Assembly (NCBI GenBank): GCA_964452885.1
Contig: CAYVNK010000001.1
Location: 1-42,923 of the forward strand
Reading direction: 5' to 3'
Length of the DNA stretch: 42,923 nucleotides
Source: an uncultured Gammaproteobacteria bacterium
GTDB lineage: Bacteria; Patescibacteriota; Microgenomatia; UM-FILTER-40-11
Shown: positions 9,420-18,000 of the stretch, in pieces
How the letters are laid out: the number at the start of each line of letters is the position of its first letter
How positions within the stretch are numbered: position 1 is the stretch's first letter
Made by a program: the position numbers and the translations under genes
The notes under the pieces: generated by a model
Told to the model about the DNA's origin: nothing
The model's database searches: none
Seen by the model: only the letters and a program-made list of their open reading frames with translations

Positions 9420-9466
9420 AGGTGAATTTTAGCTTAAATGAGCTTGGAAAGCAAAGAAAAAATATA

Positions 9467-9850
9467 TTAGAGATTGGTCTTGCGGCGGGAAAAGTATATC
9501 TCAAAAACCAATAGAATTAAAAAAAGAAAAACTAAGGTTAACCAATTGGTTAGTTTAATGAGATGTAAAAACAAAACCCCGTCTAAAAAAATAGTCAAAA
9601 GAAAACCCCTACGGGTATTACCCAGGAGCAAAGCAAGAGTAAGAGTAAGAGCAAGGGTAAGAGTAAGAAAGAACAAAATAATGTTAGAGTAAATTTGAAA
9701 TTTGGAATTTGAAATTTGAAATGTGGCTATTTTATCAGGTGAAAGCTTAGAGACAATCAAGATGAGTCCAAGCCATAAAATGAGATTAAGGATAAAAGTA
9801 GGCAGAAAATTCCTTCGGCGGCTGGGAATCATAAATTTATTGTAGCTCAT
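9467..9850 (-). CDS. Hypothetical small membrane protein containing two tandem-repeat tracts
   Basis: 127-aa hydrophobic ORF. FQISNSKFQIY and LTLALTLTLALLL are encoded by the heptamer and hexamer arrays listed separately. Confidence 0.4.
   Translation of the reverse strand: MSYNKFMIPSRRRNFLPTFILNLILWLGLILIVSKLSPDKIATFQISNSKFQIYSNIILFFLTLTLALTLTLALLLGNTRRGFLLTIFLDGVLFLHLIKLTNWLTLVFLFLILLVFEIYFSRRKTNL
9633..9668. repeat. Hexanucleotide tandem array (GYAAGR x6)
   Basis: gcaaga gtaaga gtaaga gcaagg gtaaga gtaaga. It encodes (L-T/A)n on the minus strand and belongs to the same unit family as the array at 35293..35328. Confidence 0.9.
9691..9725. repeat. Heptanucleotide tandem array (AAATTTG x5)
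   Basis: aaatttg aaatttg gaatttg aaatttg aaatgtg, lying inside the 9467..9850 CDS. Confidence 0.9.
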
Positions 9851-9868
9851 CCGTGCTAAAATAAAACT

Positions 9869-10801
9869 ATGGGAAGCTATTTAATCATGGCGGTTTTGGT
9901 TATCGGTTTTGCCACGATGATCTTTGTCATTAATAAAAAACTTTCCGGCAGTAAACAGGACGAAACTATTGTTTCTTGGCTGAAGACAATGCAAAATTCT
10001 CTTGATACCAGACTCGATAGTGCCACTCAACTTATGGGGCAGATTAGGCAGGACGCAGGGCGATTTGCCGAGCTGTCACTTTCCATGAAGAACCTTCAGG
10101 ATTATTTAAAAAGTCCGAAACTTAGAGGCAATATCGGCGAAGAAGTTTTGAAAGATTTAATTTCCCAGATGTTTCCGAAAAATTCTTTTTTTCTGCAGTA
10201 TGCCTTTAAATCGGGGGATAAAGTAGATGCGGCGATTAAAACCGAGGCCGGTATTCTACCGATTGATTCAAAGTTCCCGGCGGAAAATTTTCAAAAAATG
10301 ATGGCTTCGGAAAATGAGGCCGAGAAAGAAAACGCGAGAAAAGATTTTACCAGAGATGTTAAAAAACACATTACTGATATTTCCCAAAAATATATTTTAC
10401 CGGAAGAGGGGACCATGGATTTTGCCTTAATGTATATTCCTTCCGAGCCGGTTTATTACGAATTGGTTAATGATATGGAAATAACCGAATTTGCCAGAAA
10501 AAACCGGGTTTATCCGGTTTCTCCCAATACTTTGTATGCCAATTTGCAGGTGATTTTGCTTTCTTTTCAAGGAAAAGACATTGAATTAAAATCGCACCAA
10601 TTATTTGCCGTTTTGCGGGGAATTCAGAAAGATTACGGAAAACTGGGGGAAAGGCTGAGCCTTTTAAACAAACATTTGACCAATGCTTACAACCAGATGT
10701 CCAGCGTGGGAACGGAATATACCCTGATGGGGCAAAAATTATCCTCAACCCAAAATTTAGAAGGAGGAGAAGAAATTAAAAGAATATCCAGCAAAGACTG
10801 A
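9869..10801 (+). CDS. rmuC: DNA recombination protein RmuC
   Basis: N-terminal TM segment and coiled coil, then LPIDSKFP...FALMYIPSEPVYYE...VYPVSPNTLYANL, typical of the RmuC family. Confidence 0.8.
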   Translation: MGSYLIMAVLVIGFATMIFVINKKLSGSKQDETIVSWLKTMQNSLDTRLDSATQLMGQIRQDAGRFAELSLSMKNLQDYLKSPKLRGNIGEEVLKDLISQMFPKNSFFLQYAFKSGDKVDAAIKTEAGILPIDSKFPAENFQKMMASENEAEKENARKDFTRDVKKHITDISQKYILPEEGTMDFALMYIPSEPVYYELVNDMEITEFARKNRVYPVSPNTLYANLQVILLSFQGKDIELKSHQLFAVLRGIQKDYGKLGERLSLLNKHLTNAYNQMSSVGTEYTLMGQKLSSTQNLEGGEEIKRISSKD

Positions 10802-10804
10802 CTG

Positions 10805-11584
10805 ATGAAAATTACCGCCCTAACTTACAATTTTATTGGGATTCCCCTTTTTTCCCAAAGATATTCCCAACGTCTTAATGTTTTTATTAAAGAACTGGCT
10901 AAACTACAGCCGGAGATTATTTGCCTTCAGGAAATTTGGCTTGATTCGGCCAAAAAAAAAATTATTAATGGTTTAAAAGGTTTAGATTATAGTTTTTATT
11001 ATCCTTCCCTGATAATCCGTTTTTGCGGACTTTTAATCGGAGTAAAAGGAAAAATAACCAAGAAGGGATACGTGGCAACCAATCCGATTATTGCCGGCTT
11101 TGACCGGTCAATTTTAGAATATCTTGGTTCCAAAGGTTATGCTTTTGTCGAGTTTGAACTGGGGAAAAAGAAAATTTGCATTTTTAATGTTCATTTAAGT
11201 CCTGACATGGGAAAGAAATTTCCTAAAGAGAGACCTTACTTTGAAGTCCAAGTGAAAGCAGTCTCTTTGTTGGCAAGAGATATTGATCTTTTGCGAGAAG
11301 AAAAAATCATGGTTTTGGGGGATTTTAATTTTGAAGAAAATAGCCCTTTGAATCAATATTTAATTAAAACCGGGAGAGTTAAAGAAGTCTTTTCGCATAA
11401 TTTTAAAACTTCTTTTGGCGGTTTGGTAGGATTTCCGATTGTCACCGATGAACCGGATCACATTTTTGTTAAAAATATTTCGGGAAAGGAAATCTTAAGA
11501 ACGGAAATAGTTTGGGATAAACCAATTGAAGGAATTGGCACTCTTTCTGACCACGCTGGGATTTTAGCGGAAATAAATATTTAA
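10805..11584 (+). CDS. Endonuclease/exonuclease/phosphatase (EEP) family protein
   Basis: ICLQEIW near the N-terminus, VLGDFNF, and a C-terminal SDHAGI catalytic His motif. Confidence 0.7.
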   Translation: MKITALTYNFIGIPLFSQRYSQRLNVFIKELAKLQPEIICLQEIWLDSAKKKIINGLKGLDYSFYYPSLIIRFCGLLIGVKGKITKKGYVATNPIIAGFDRSILEYLGSKGYAFVEFELGKKKICIFNVHLSPDMGKKFPKERPYFEVQVKAVSLLARDIDLLREEKIMVLGDFNFEENSPLNQYLIKTGRVKEVFSHNFKTSFGGLVGFPIVTDEPDHIFVKNISGKEILRTEIVWDKPIEGIGTLSDHAGILAEINI

Positions 11585-11588
11585 AAAA

Positions 11589-12305
11589 ATGAGTGACCTG
11601 GATAATTTAAGAAAAGATTTAAGAAATTTTCAAAGACCCGGGAAGGCAAAGCTTTTACAAAGATTTTTTAAAACAGGAAAGGGAGAATACGGAGAAGGGG
11701 ATATTTTTTTAGGATTAATGACGGACAAGACCCGTAGTATCGCCAAAAAATATTTATCTTTAGATTTTAGTTTTATCAGTCAACTTCTTGCCTCGAAAAT
11801 TCATGAAGAAAGAGTAGTGGCAGTAATAATTTTAACTTCTCGGTTTAGAAAAGCGGATTTAGTCGGTAAAAAAGAAATTTACGATTTTTATTTTGAAAAT
11901 ATTTCCGGTATTAATAACTGGGATTTGGTTGACAGTTCAGCGCCGTTAATTGTCGGCGGATACCTTTATTTATCAAAAGAATCGCGAGATATACTTTACA
12001 AAATGGCCAGATCAAATAGTCTCTGGAAGAAGAGAATCGGCATTATGGCCACTTTTTATTTTGTCCAGGAAAAGGATTTTTCCGACGCCTTAAAAATCGC
12101 GGAAATACTGGTTAACGACAAGGAAGATTTAATTCAAAAAGCAGTCGGTTGGATGTTGCGGGAAATCGGGAACCGTGATCAAAAAATCGAGGAAGATTTT
12201 TTAAAGAAATATTTTAAAACGATGCCAAGAACCATGCTGCGATACGCAATCGAAAAATTTCCGGAAGAAAAAAGGAAAAGTTATTTAAACGGAAAAATTT
12301 GTTAA
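11589..12305 (+). CDS. DNA alkylation repair protein (AlkD-like HEAT-repeat glycosylase family)
   Basis: RFFKTGKGEYGEGDIFLGL..., NNWDLVD..., WMLREIG are signature stretches of the DNA_alkylation family. Confidence 0.75.
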   Translation: MSDLDNLRKDLRNFQRPGKAKLLQRFFKTGKGEYGEGDIFLGLMTDKTRSIAKKYLSLDFSFISQLLASKIHEERVVAVIILTSRFRKADLVGKKEIYDFYFENISGINNWDLVDSSAPLIVGGYLYLSKESRDILYKMARSNSLWKKRIGIMATFYFVQEKDFSDALKIAEILVNDKEDLIQKAVGWMLREIGNRDQKIEEDFLKKYFKTMPRTMLRYAIEKFPEEKRKSYLNGKIC

Positions 12306-13537
12306 ATCAATTTATAACCCTGGTTCTTAACGGTTTTGACCCGGCTTTCTATCTTTAATAAAACCAATTTTTTTCTTAATCTTTTAATTAACTGATCCAA
12401 AGTCCATTCGTTTACTTTCTCCGCTTTTTCCGGCCAAACAAAATTAATGATCTCTTCCCGCAGGATAATTTCACCCTCCCTGTCTTTCAGTATTTGGAAT
12501 AATTTTTTTTCTTTTAGGGTTAATTCCTGTCCGGTAGATTTTGTAAACTCTTTTTGTTTTTCAACAAAATCCTTAAAAAGGGGGTTAAAAATCTCTCCCT
12601 TACTGTCAACCAATCCGATTTGATAGAGAAAACTTTCTTGAGGAATTTTTTTATTTAACAAAGCTTCTTTTTCTTCAAGAGCCAGATAGTCCCAAAGCTC
12701 CAGATTTTGTTGCCAAATTTCCGGATCTTTTTTAAATAAATCATCGATATTTTTTAAGGAGTATTTATTATTTTCTAGAATTTGCAAAATCAGTAAACAA
12801 TATTGAGCATGTCCGCCGGAGTATTCAAAAGCAATTGTTTTAATTTTTTCCGAAAGCTTAACTTTTCTTGATCTTTCAAATTCTCCGATCACCGCCAGTA
12901 AGTCAACGAAAGTGCCGGGTTTTAAAAAGTATTTTTGTGAAAAAACTTCTAAATTTCCACCCCTGAGTGCGTCCGGGAATAGAAATTCCAAAGGTCGATT
13001 TAAGGTAAAGAAAAAATTTATTTTTTGTTTAGCGATATCTTTTAAAGATTGAAGATGGGCAAAAAATAAATAGGAAAATATCGAAAAAACCCGGTCAAAC
13101 CGGTTAAAAAGTAAAAAGACCAGAAAATCATTGCTGCAAAGTAGTCTAATTGCCCTTTTGGTATTGTCGGAAAAAGTGAAAGCGTCATTTGTTCGACCGG
13201 CGGATTAATAAAGATCATTTATTTCTTTACTGTTGGCTTGGTCGCTTACTCTTTTTAAAATAAGCTGCCAAAAATCCTTTTCTGTGAAATTAAACATATC
13301 GTTTAAATCAATTTCCAGTAAAAGAATTTTTTGGGATTTTAATTTCTTTTCCAAAAGTTCCGGATGAGTCAAAATATAACGTAAAACTCTGGCCAAACCG
13401 ACTCGGGGTAAACCAATCAGGGATAAAGGCTGAAACGAAGACAAAAAGCCGATGATTTTTGATATTTCCGATTTTCGGAAATCAGAGGAATATAAAGATT
13501 CATAAATAAGTGATTTCTGCATAATATCATTTGTCAT
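12302..13537 (-). pseudogene. ATPase-like N-domain plus OmpR/PhoB-type winged-helix regulator, interrupted by one in-frame TAA
   Basis: Track ORFs 13205..13537 and 12302..12991 are in the same frame. I translated 12992-13204 by hand and found no other stop, so a single TAA (13205-13207) splits a ~411-codon frame. The C-terminus LREEIINFVWPEKAEKVNEWTLDQLIKRLRKKL...VKNQGYKLI is a trans_reg_C winged helix. The N-terminal LIGLPRVGLARVL looks like a degenerate P-loop. Confidence 0.65.
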
Positions 13538-13791
13538 TTTATCATATTTTTGTCAGATTATTGTCAAGCAAAGTTATTTCCCGTCCCTAAAATAGAGATT
13601 GTTATTAATTTATTTAATTCAATGTTATTAAAACAAAAAGGAAAAAAGAATAAAAGGAAAATAAAAACCTGTGACTCCAGTAAAAAAACTGATTTGGATT
13701 CACAGGAAACATGGAAAATAATTGATTCACTTTGCTTTTGCGCAAGATAACTTAGTTTATTAATCAAATATTAATTAAATGAAAGGAATAA

Positions 13792-14550
13792 ATGATTGAA
13801 TCAAAAGAAAGGGTACCATTGATGTCAGAAGAAGAAATATTACTGAGAAACGGTCAAGAGTTTGAACAAGTAAAGCGAATTTTGGGTGAGGCAGAAAATT
13901 ATGGGGTCGATGTAAGCAAGTTAAAATATAGAGTTCGAACAAGCTTTGACGGCGGGGATGGTCCCGATGATATTTTTGGCGGCTTTTTTAGTGAACATGA
14001 TAATGTAATGCAAAAAATCCGTAGAAGCGCCAGAGCAGCAGTATTGGTTGCTAACGGAGCAGATGCCGCTGCCGCAGGACTTTGGACTTGGGATCATCAG
14101 GCCCAAAAAGAAAATTCTGAAATTATAGGAAACAGTAATTTCTTTGTTATTTGGAAAAACTTATTCGGTAAAACAGTCGCTTTGGGGGATAGCCAATATT
14201 TAATTAATAATCCCGTAATTGAAAAATTTAATTCTCTTTGCCGAACTCACAGAGGGTGGATGAGTATAGAATGTTGGAATCTGGGATGTTCGGGACTGTA
14301 TCTTGATAAAAATTTTCCACGTCATAAAGATGTTTGGCCGGAAAATTTAACCTTTTTATTCTCCGACGAAGTAGAACAACTAAAAACTAAGGGCAGTCTG
14401 GTGACTTATTATTATCATTCAATATACCAAGAAGCGGCAGAAGCATATTTTATGTACGGAGATGTTGATGGTGGAGAGATTTTGTTAAGTAGCGATGACA
14501 AAAGGAATCCAATTCTTCTTTATAAGATACGGGCGACATTAATGGATTAA
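13792..14550 (+). CDS. Hypothetical protein, no family recognised
   Basis: 252-aa ORF with a plausible RBS (aaaggaataaATG). It has a locally GC-richer, Gly/Asp/Ala-rich stretch (DGGDGPDDIFGGFF...ANGADAAAAGLWTW). No motif I can name. Confidence 0.5.
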   Translation: MIESKERVPLMSEEEILLRNGQEFEQVKRILGEAENYGVDVSKLKYRVRTSFDGGDGPDDIFGGFFSEHDNVMQKIRRSARAAVLVANGADAAAAGLWTWDHQAQKENSEIIGNSNFFVIWKNLFGKTVALGDSQYLINNPVIEKFNSLCRTHRGWMSIECWNLGCSGLYLDKNFPRHKDVWPENLTFLFSDEVEQLKTKGSLVTYYYHSIYQEAAEAYFMYGDVDGGEILLSSDDKRNPILLYKIRATLMD

Positions 14551-14561
14551 GCTTACTGATG

Positions 14562-14603
14562 TATAAGCAAAGCTTCAATCGCTTCGCGATATAAGCAAAG
14601 CTT
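14562..14603. repeat. 14-nt direct repeat pair flanking a small palindrome
   Basis: tataagcaaagctt occurs at 14562-14575 and again at 14590-14603. Between the copies lies atcgc-ttc-gcgat (a 5-bp stem). Confidence 0.85.
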
Positions 14604-14610
14604 GAAAAAG

Positions 14611-14635
14611 CACTCTGGGTTTTCAGCCCAGAGTG
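14611..14635 (+). terminator. Hairpin downstream of 13792..14550 (possible terminator)
   Basis: cactctggg-ttttcag-cccagagtg, a perfect 9-bp stem. The trailing sequence tcttataatt is only weakly U-rich. Confidence 0.4.
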
Positions 14636-14638
14636 TCT

Positions 14639-14710
14639 TATAATTCGCTCATGGCTGAGGAAAAGGTTTTAAACAAAGAGCAAGTTGAAGCAGTTGAACA
14701 TGGAGAGGAA
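14639..14710 (+). pseudogene. Ghost copy of the helicase-nuclease promoter -10 box and first ~20 codons
   Basis: The ghost reads tataat-tcgctc-ATG...MAEEKVLNKEQVEAVEHGEE. The real start at 15030 reads tataat-tagccc-ATG...MSNSSDKILNSEQVEAIEHGEG. Many of the differences are synonymous third-position changes. Similarity ends where the DUF3175 gene's stop (14711-14713) begins. Confidence 0.8.
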
Positions 14711-14998
14711 CTAATTTTTGGCTGGTTTCCTAAACAGATTCCTTAATTCAATTTTTGCCTGCTGGAGAATTGCCTTGCGGTTGACGGGTAAATTTTTCCC
14801 GGCGCGATTAATGTAAAAATTGAGCATGCTCATGGCAGATTGAAAAGGGGAAGCCTTTCGTCGCAGGGAATTTTCGGCCGACACTTTTAAGGAAACAGCA
14901 ATTTTTTCAGGGTCATTCCAGGCAAATACTCCTTCTTCTAGGTCAAGGGCGATACTGTGTTTGGTTACCTCGCCGGACCAGTTTTTCTTTTTTGGCAT
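14711..14998 (-). CDS. DUF3175 domain protein
   Basis: TKHSIALDLEEGVFAWNDPEKIA-SLK-SAE...RRKASPFQSAMSMLNFYINRAGKNLP matches the DUF3175 family pattern as I recall it. Confidence 0.65.
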   Translation of the reverse strand: MPKKKNWSGEVTKHSIALDLEEGVFAWNDPEKIAVSLKVSAENSLRRKASPFQSAMSMLNFYINRAGKNLPVNRKAILQQAKIELRNLFRKPAKN

Positions 14999-15029
14999 TG
15001 GGGATTTAGGTCGATTTTAACACATGCAG

Positions 15030-15035
15030 TATAAT
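15030..15035 (+). promoter_or_regulatory. -10 box (TATAAT) 6 nt upstream of the helicase ATG, suggesting a leaderless transcript
   Basis: TATAAT at 15030-15035, then tagccc, then ATG at 15042. No Shine-Dalgarno sequence is possible in that spacing. Confidence 0.45.
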
Positions 15036-15041
15036 TAGCCC

Positions 15042-18000
15042 ATGTCTAATTCTTCGGATAAAATTCTTAATTCCGAGCAAGTTGAGGCAATTGAACACGG
15101 AGAGGGGCCGCTTTTGATTATTGCCGGAGCAGGAACTGGTAAGACAACCGTGGTTACCGAAAGAATTAAATATTTAATTACTAAAAGAGAGATTTCTCCT
15201 TCGGAAATTTTGGCCCTGACTTTTACGGAAAAAGCTTCTTTGGAAATGCAGGAGCGGGTGGATGTCGCTTTGCCTTTGGGCTATGCCAATATGTGGATTT
15301 CCACTTTTCATACTTTCGGCGATCGGATTTTGCGCAATGAGGTGGTCAATGTCGGCTTGGACCCACAGTATCATTTAATGACTCAGGCAGAAAGTATTCA
15401 ATTTTTGCGCAAAAACCTTTTTGAATTTGATTTAAATTATTTTCGGCCGCTTGGCAACCCCAATAAATTTGTCGAGGGGATGCTTAAGCATTTCAGTCGG
15501 CTTAAAGACGAAGACGTATCGCCCAATGAATATTTTCATTGGGTTCAAGGTCAAAGATCAAAAATCAAAAATCAAAATGATGAGATTGAAACTGAAGCAG
15601 AAGACGAGGTGAAAAAATACGAAGAATTGGCCAAAGCTTTTAAGGTTTATGAAGAGTTGAAAGTAAAAGAAGGGCTGATGGATTTTGAGGATTTAATTGG
15701 CCACGTTTTAACGGTTTTTAGGAAAAGGCCGAGTATTCTTAAAACTTATCAAAAAAAGTTCAAATACGTTCTGGTGGACGAGTTTCAGGATACGAACTTC
15801 AGCCAGTATGAAATGATTAAACTGCTGTCGTCTCCACCCAAGAGTAATTTAACTGTCGTGGGGGACGATAACCAATGCTTGCCGGGTGAAACAGAAATTT
15901 CTCTTCTTGGGGGCAAAAAAAGAATTGATCAAATAAAAGTAGGTGATGTGATACTTACGGCGGTGGGGAAAGGTCACACCTCTGGATCTAAAGTTAGTCG
16001 GGTTTTTAAAAACAAAAAAAAGGCGAGATTGTTAACTTTTACTTTAGAAACGGGAGAGAAAATTACGGTTACAGATAATCATAAAGTGTTTTGTTTTATT
16101 CCTTCTAAAGAAAATAAGAAAGATTTTCATTTTGTTTACTTAATGAAACACCAAGATTACGGTTGGCGGTTGGGTGTAACCAATGATTTAGCCTCCAGGT
16201 TAAGATTGGAAGCCCACGCAGATGGTATTTTATCCATCGGGTCTTATAAAACTGATCAAGAGGCTCGGTATTACGAAGCACTTTTTTCTGCAAGATATGG
16301 ACTTCCGACAGTTCCTTTCAGCTCTCACCCCAAGCAAGCAATTACCGGGGATTATCTTAAAAAACCTTTTGTTGAATTAAAAACCAAGGAAAGGGTTAAG
16401 AAATTGGCGATTGATTTGGGAATTGAGATAAATTCTTTTGGTGTTACAAGAAATGGGGTAGTTAGGGGATCTAGCGATCGGGTAATAGTAAATTTTCAGA
16501 TGTGTTACCGAAATTATCGGAGTAAAACTCACAAAGAAGGGTTTGTTGGCAACCCCGCCATTAGTCATTTGGTTTACATAGAAACATCTTCACAAAAAAC
16601 AATTTCTATCTTAGAAAATGCCGGCCATAAGTTAGCCAAAGCCAAAAAAGGAAAGAGGTTTAGATATACAACTGCCAACATTGCGGAAGCGTGGCAAATG
16701 GCCGATAACCTAGTTATTTTAACCGGAGGAATTTTAAACAAAAAATTTTCCTTAGGAACAAAAAATTATCAACATAAGCCAGCAACTATTGTACCGGCGG
16801 GTAATGTTTGGCCGGGAAATTATTTCCCAGTATTGGAAGGGAAAAGAATAGTTTATAAAAAAATTATTGGCAGAACCGAAGAAGTAAAAGAACTAGTGGT
16901 GTATGATCTGGAAATTGAAAAAACTCACAATTTTATTGCCAATGGGATACCGGTTCACAATTCAATCTATAAATTTAGGGGCGCGGCCATTTCCAATATT
17001 CTGCAGTTTAAAAAAGATTATCCTGAGGCCAAGTGTGTGGTTTTAAACCAAAACTATCGTTCGACTCAAACGATTTTGGATGCTTCTTACAAACTGATTA
17101 AGAATAACGACCCGGACACTTTGGAAGCAAGCTTGGGTATCAGCAAAAAGTTGGAAAAAGTAAGAGAAGTGGAGGAAACACCGGTCGGATTTCTTTGGTC
17201 GGACCGGGTGGAAAACGAAGCCGAGGCAGTGGCCAAGAAAATTTTTGATCTTAAAAACGAGAACGATGCTTTATCCTGGAAAGATTTTGCCGTTTTGGTG
17301 CGTGCCAATAATCATGTCGATCCTTTTATCAAAGCCTTTGTCCGCCGGGGAGCTCCTTATCAATTTTTGGGGCCGGGGATACTTTTCCGCCAGCCAGAAG
17401 TTAAAGATTTAATCGCTTATCTTTCGGTTTTATCTAATTTTGAGGATTCGGTGGCCATGTATCGGCTTTTGGCCATGGATTTCTGGGGGATTTCCGGTCG
17501 GGATTTGGCTTTAATCATCAATTACGGTCGGAAAAATAATTTGTCTATTTTTGAAGCCGGTGAGAAAGTCTTAAAAGACGAATCGGTGGTCATTGCCGAT
17601 AAAACCAAAGAAACATTAAAAAAGTTGATGGAAATGATTTATCGGCATTTGAATTTGGTAAAAAAAGAAACTGCCGGCCAGATTCTTTATTTCTTTTTGG
17701 AAGACAGCGGGCTTTTAAAGCAGTTAACCAATTACAAAACGGCGGCGGACGAGAGAAAGGTGCAAAATATCGCCAAGTTTTTTGACAAACTGAAGACTTA
17801 TGAGGTTGAACACGAAGATGCTTCGGTTTATGCGGTGGTCGATTTTGTTAATCTTTCTTTGGAATTAGGGGAGTCGCCATTGGCGAGCGACTTGGATTGG
17901 TTTGGGAACGACGCGGTTAATATTTTAACGGTGCATTCGGCCAAAGGCCTGGAATTTCCCGTGGTTTTTTTGGTGAATTTGGTTGATCAGCGTTTTCCGA

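Noticed and set aside
247-13207. The idea that the in-frame TAG (247-249, replacing a motif Gln) and TAA (13205-13207) reflect stop-codon reassignment.
   Set aside because: TAG, TAA and TGA all terminate well-conserved genes at the expected ends elsewhere in the window (FemAB and vapC with TAG, the helicase with TAA, rmuC with TGA). The TAG-bearing gene also has a frameshift and a truncation, so a pseudogene or error is the simpler explanation.
14651-14746. The 31-codon ORF starting at the ghost ATG as a functional micro-gene.
   Set aside because: Its first 20 codons are a diverged copy of the helicase N-terminus, and the remainder is antisense to the DUF3175 3' end. It is best explained as a recombination relic.
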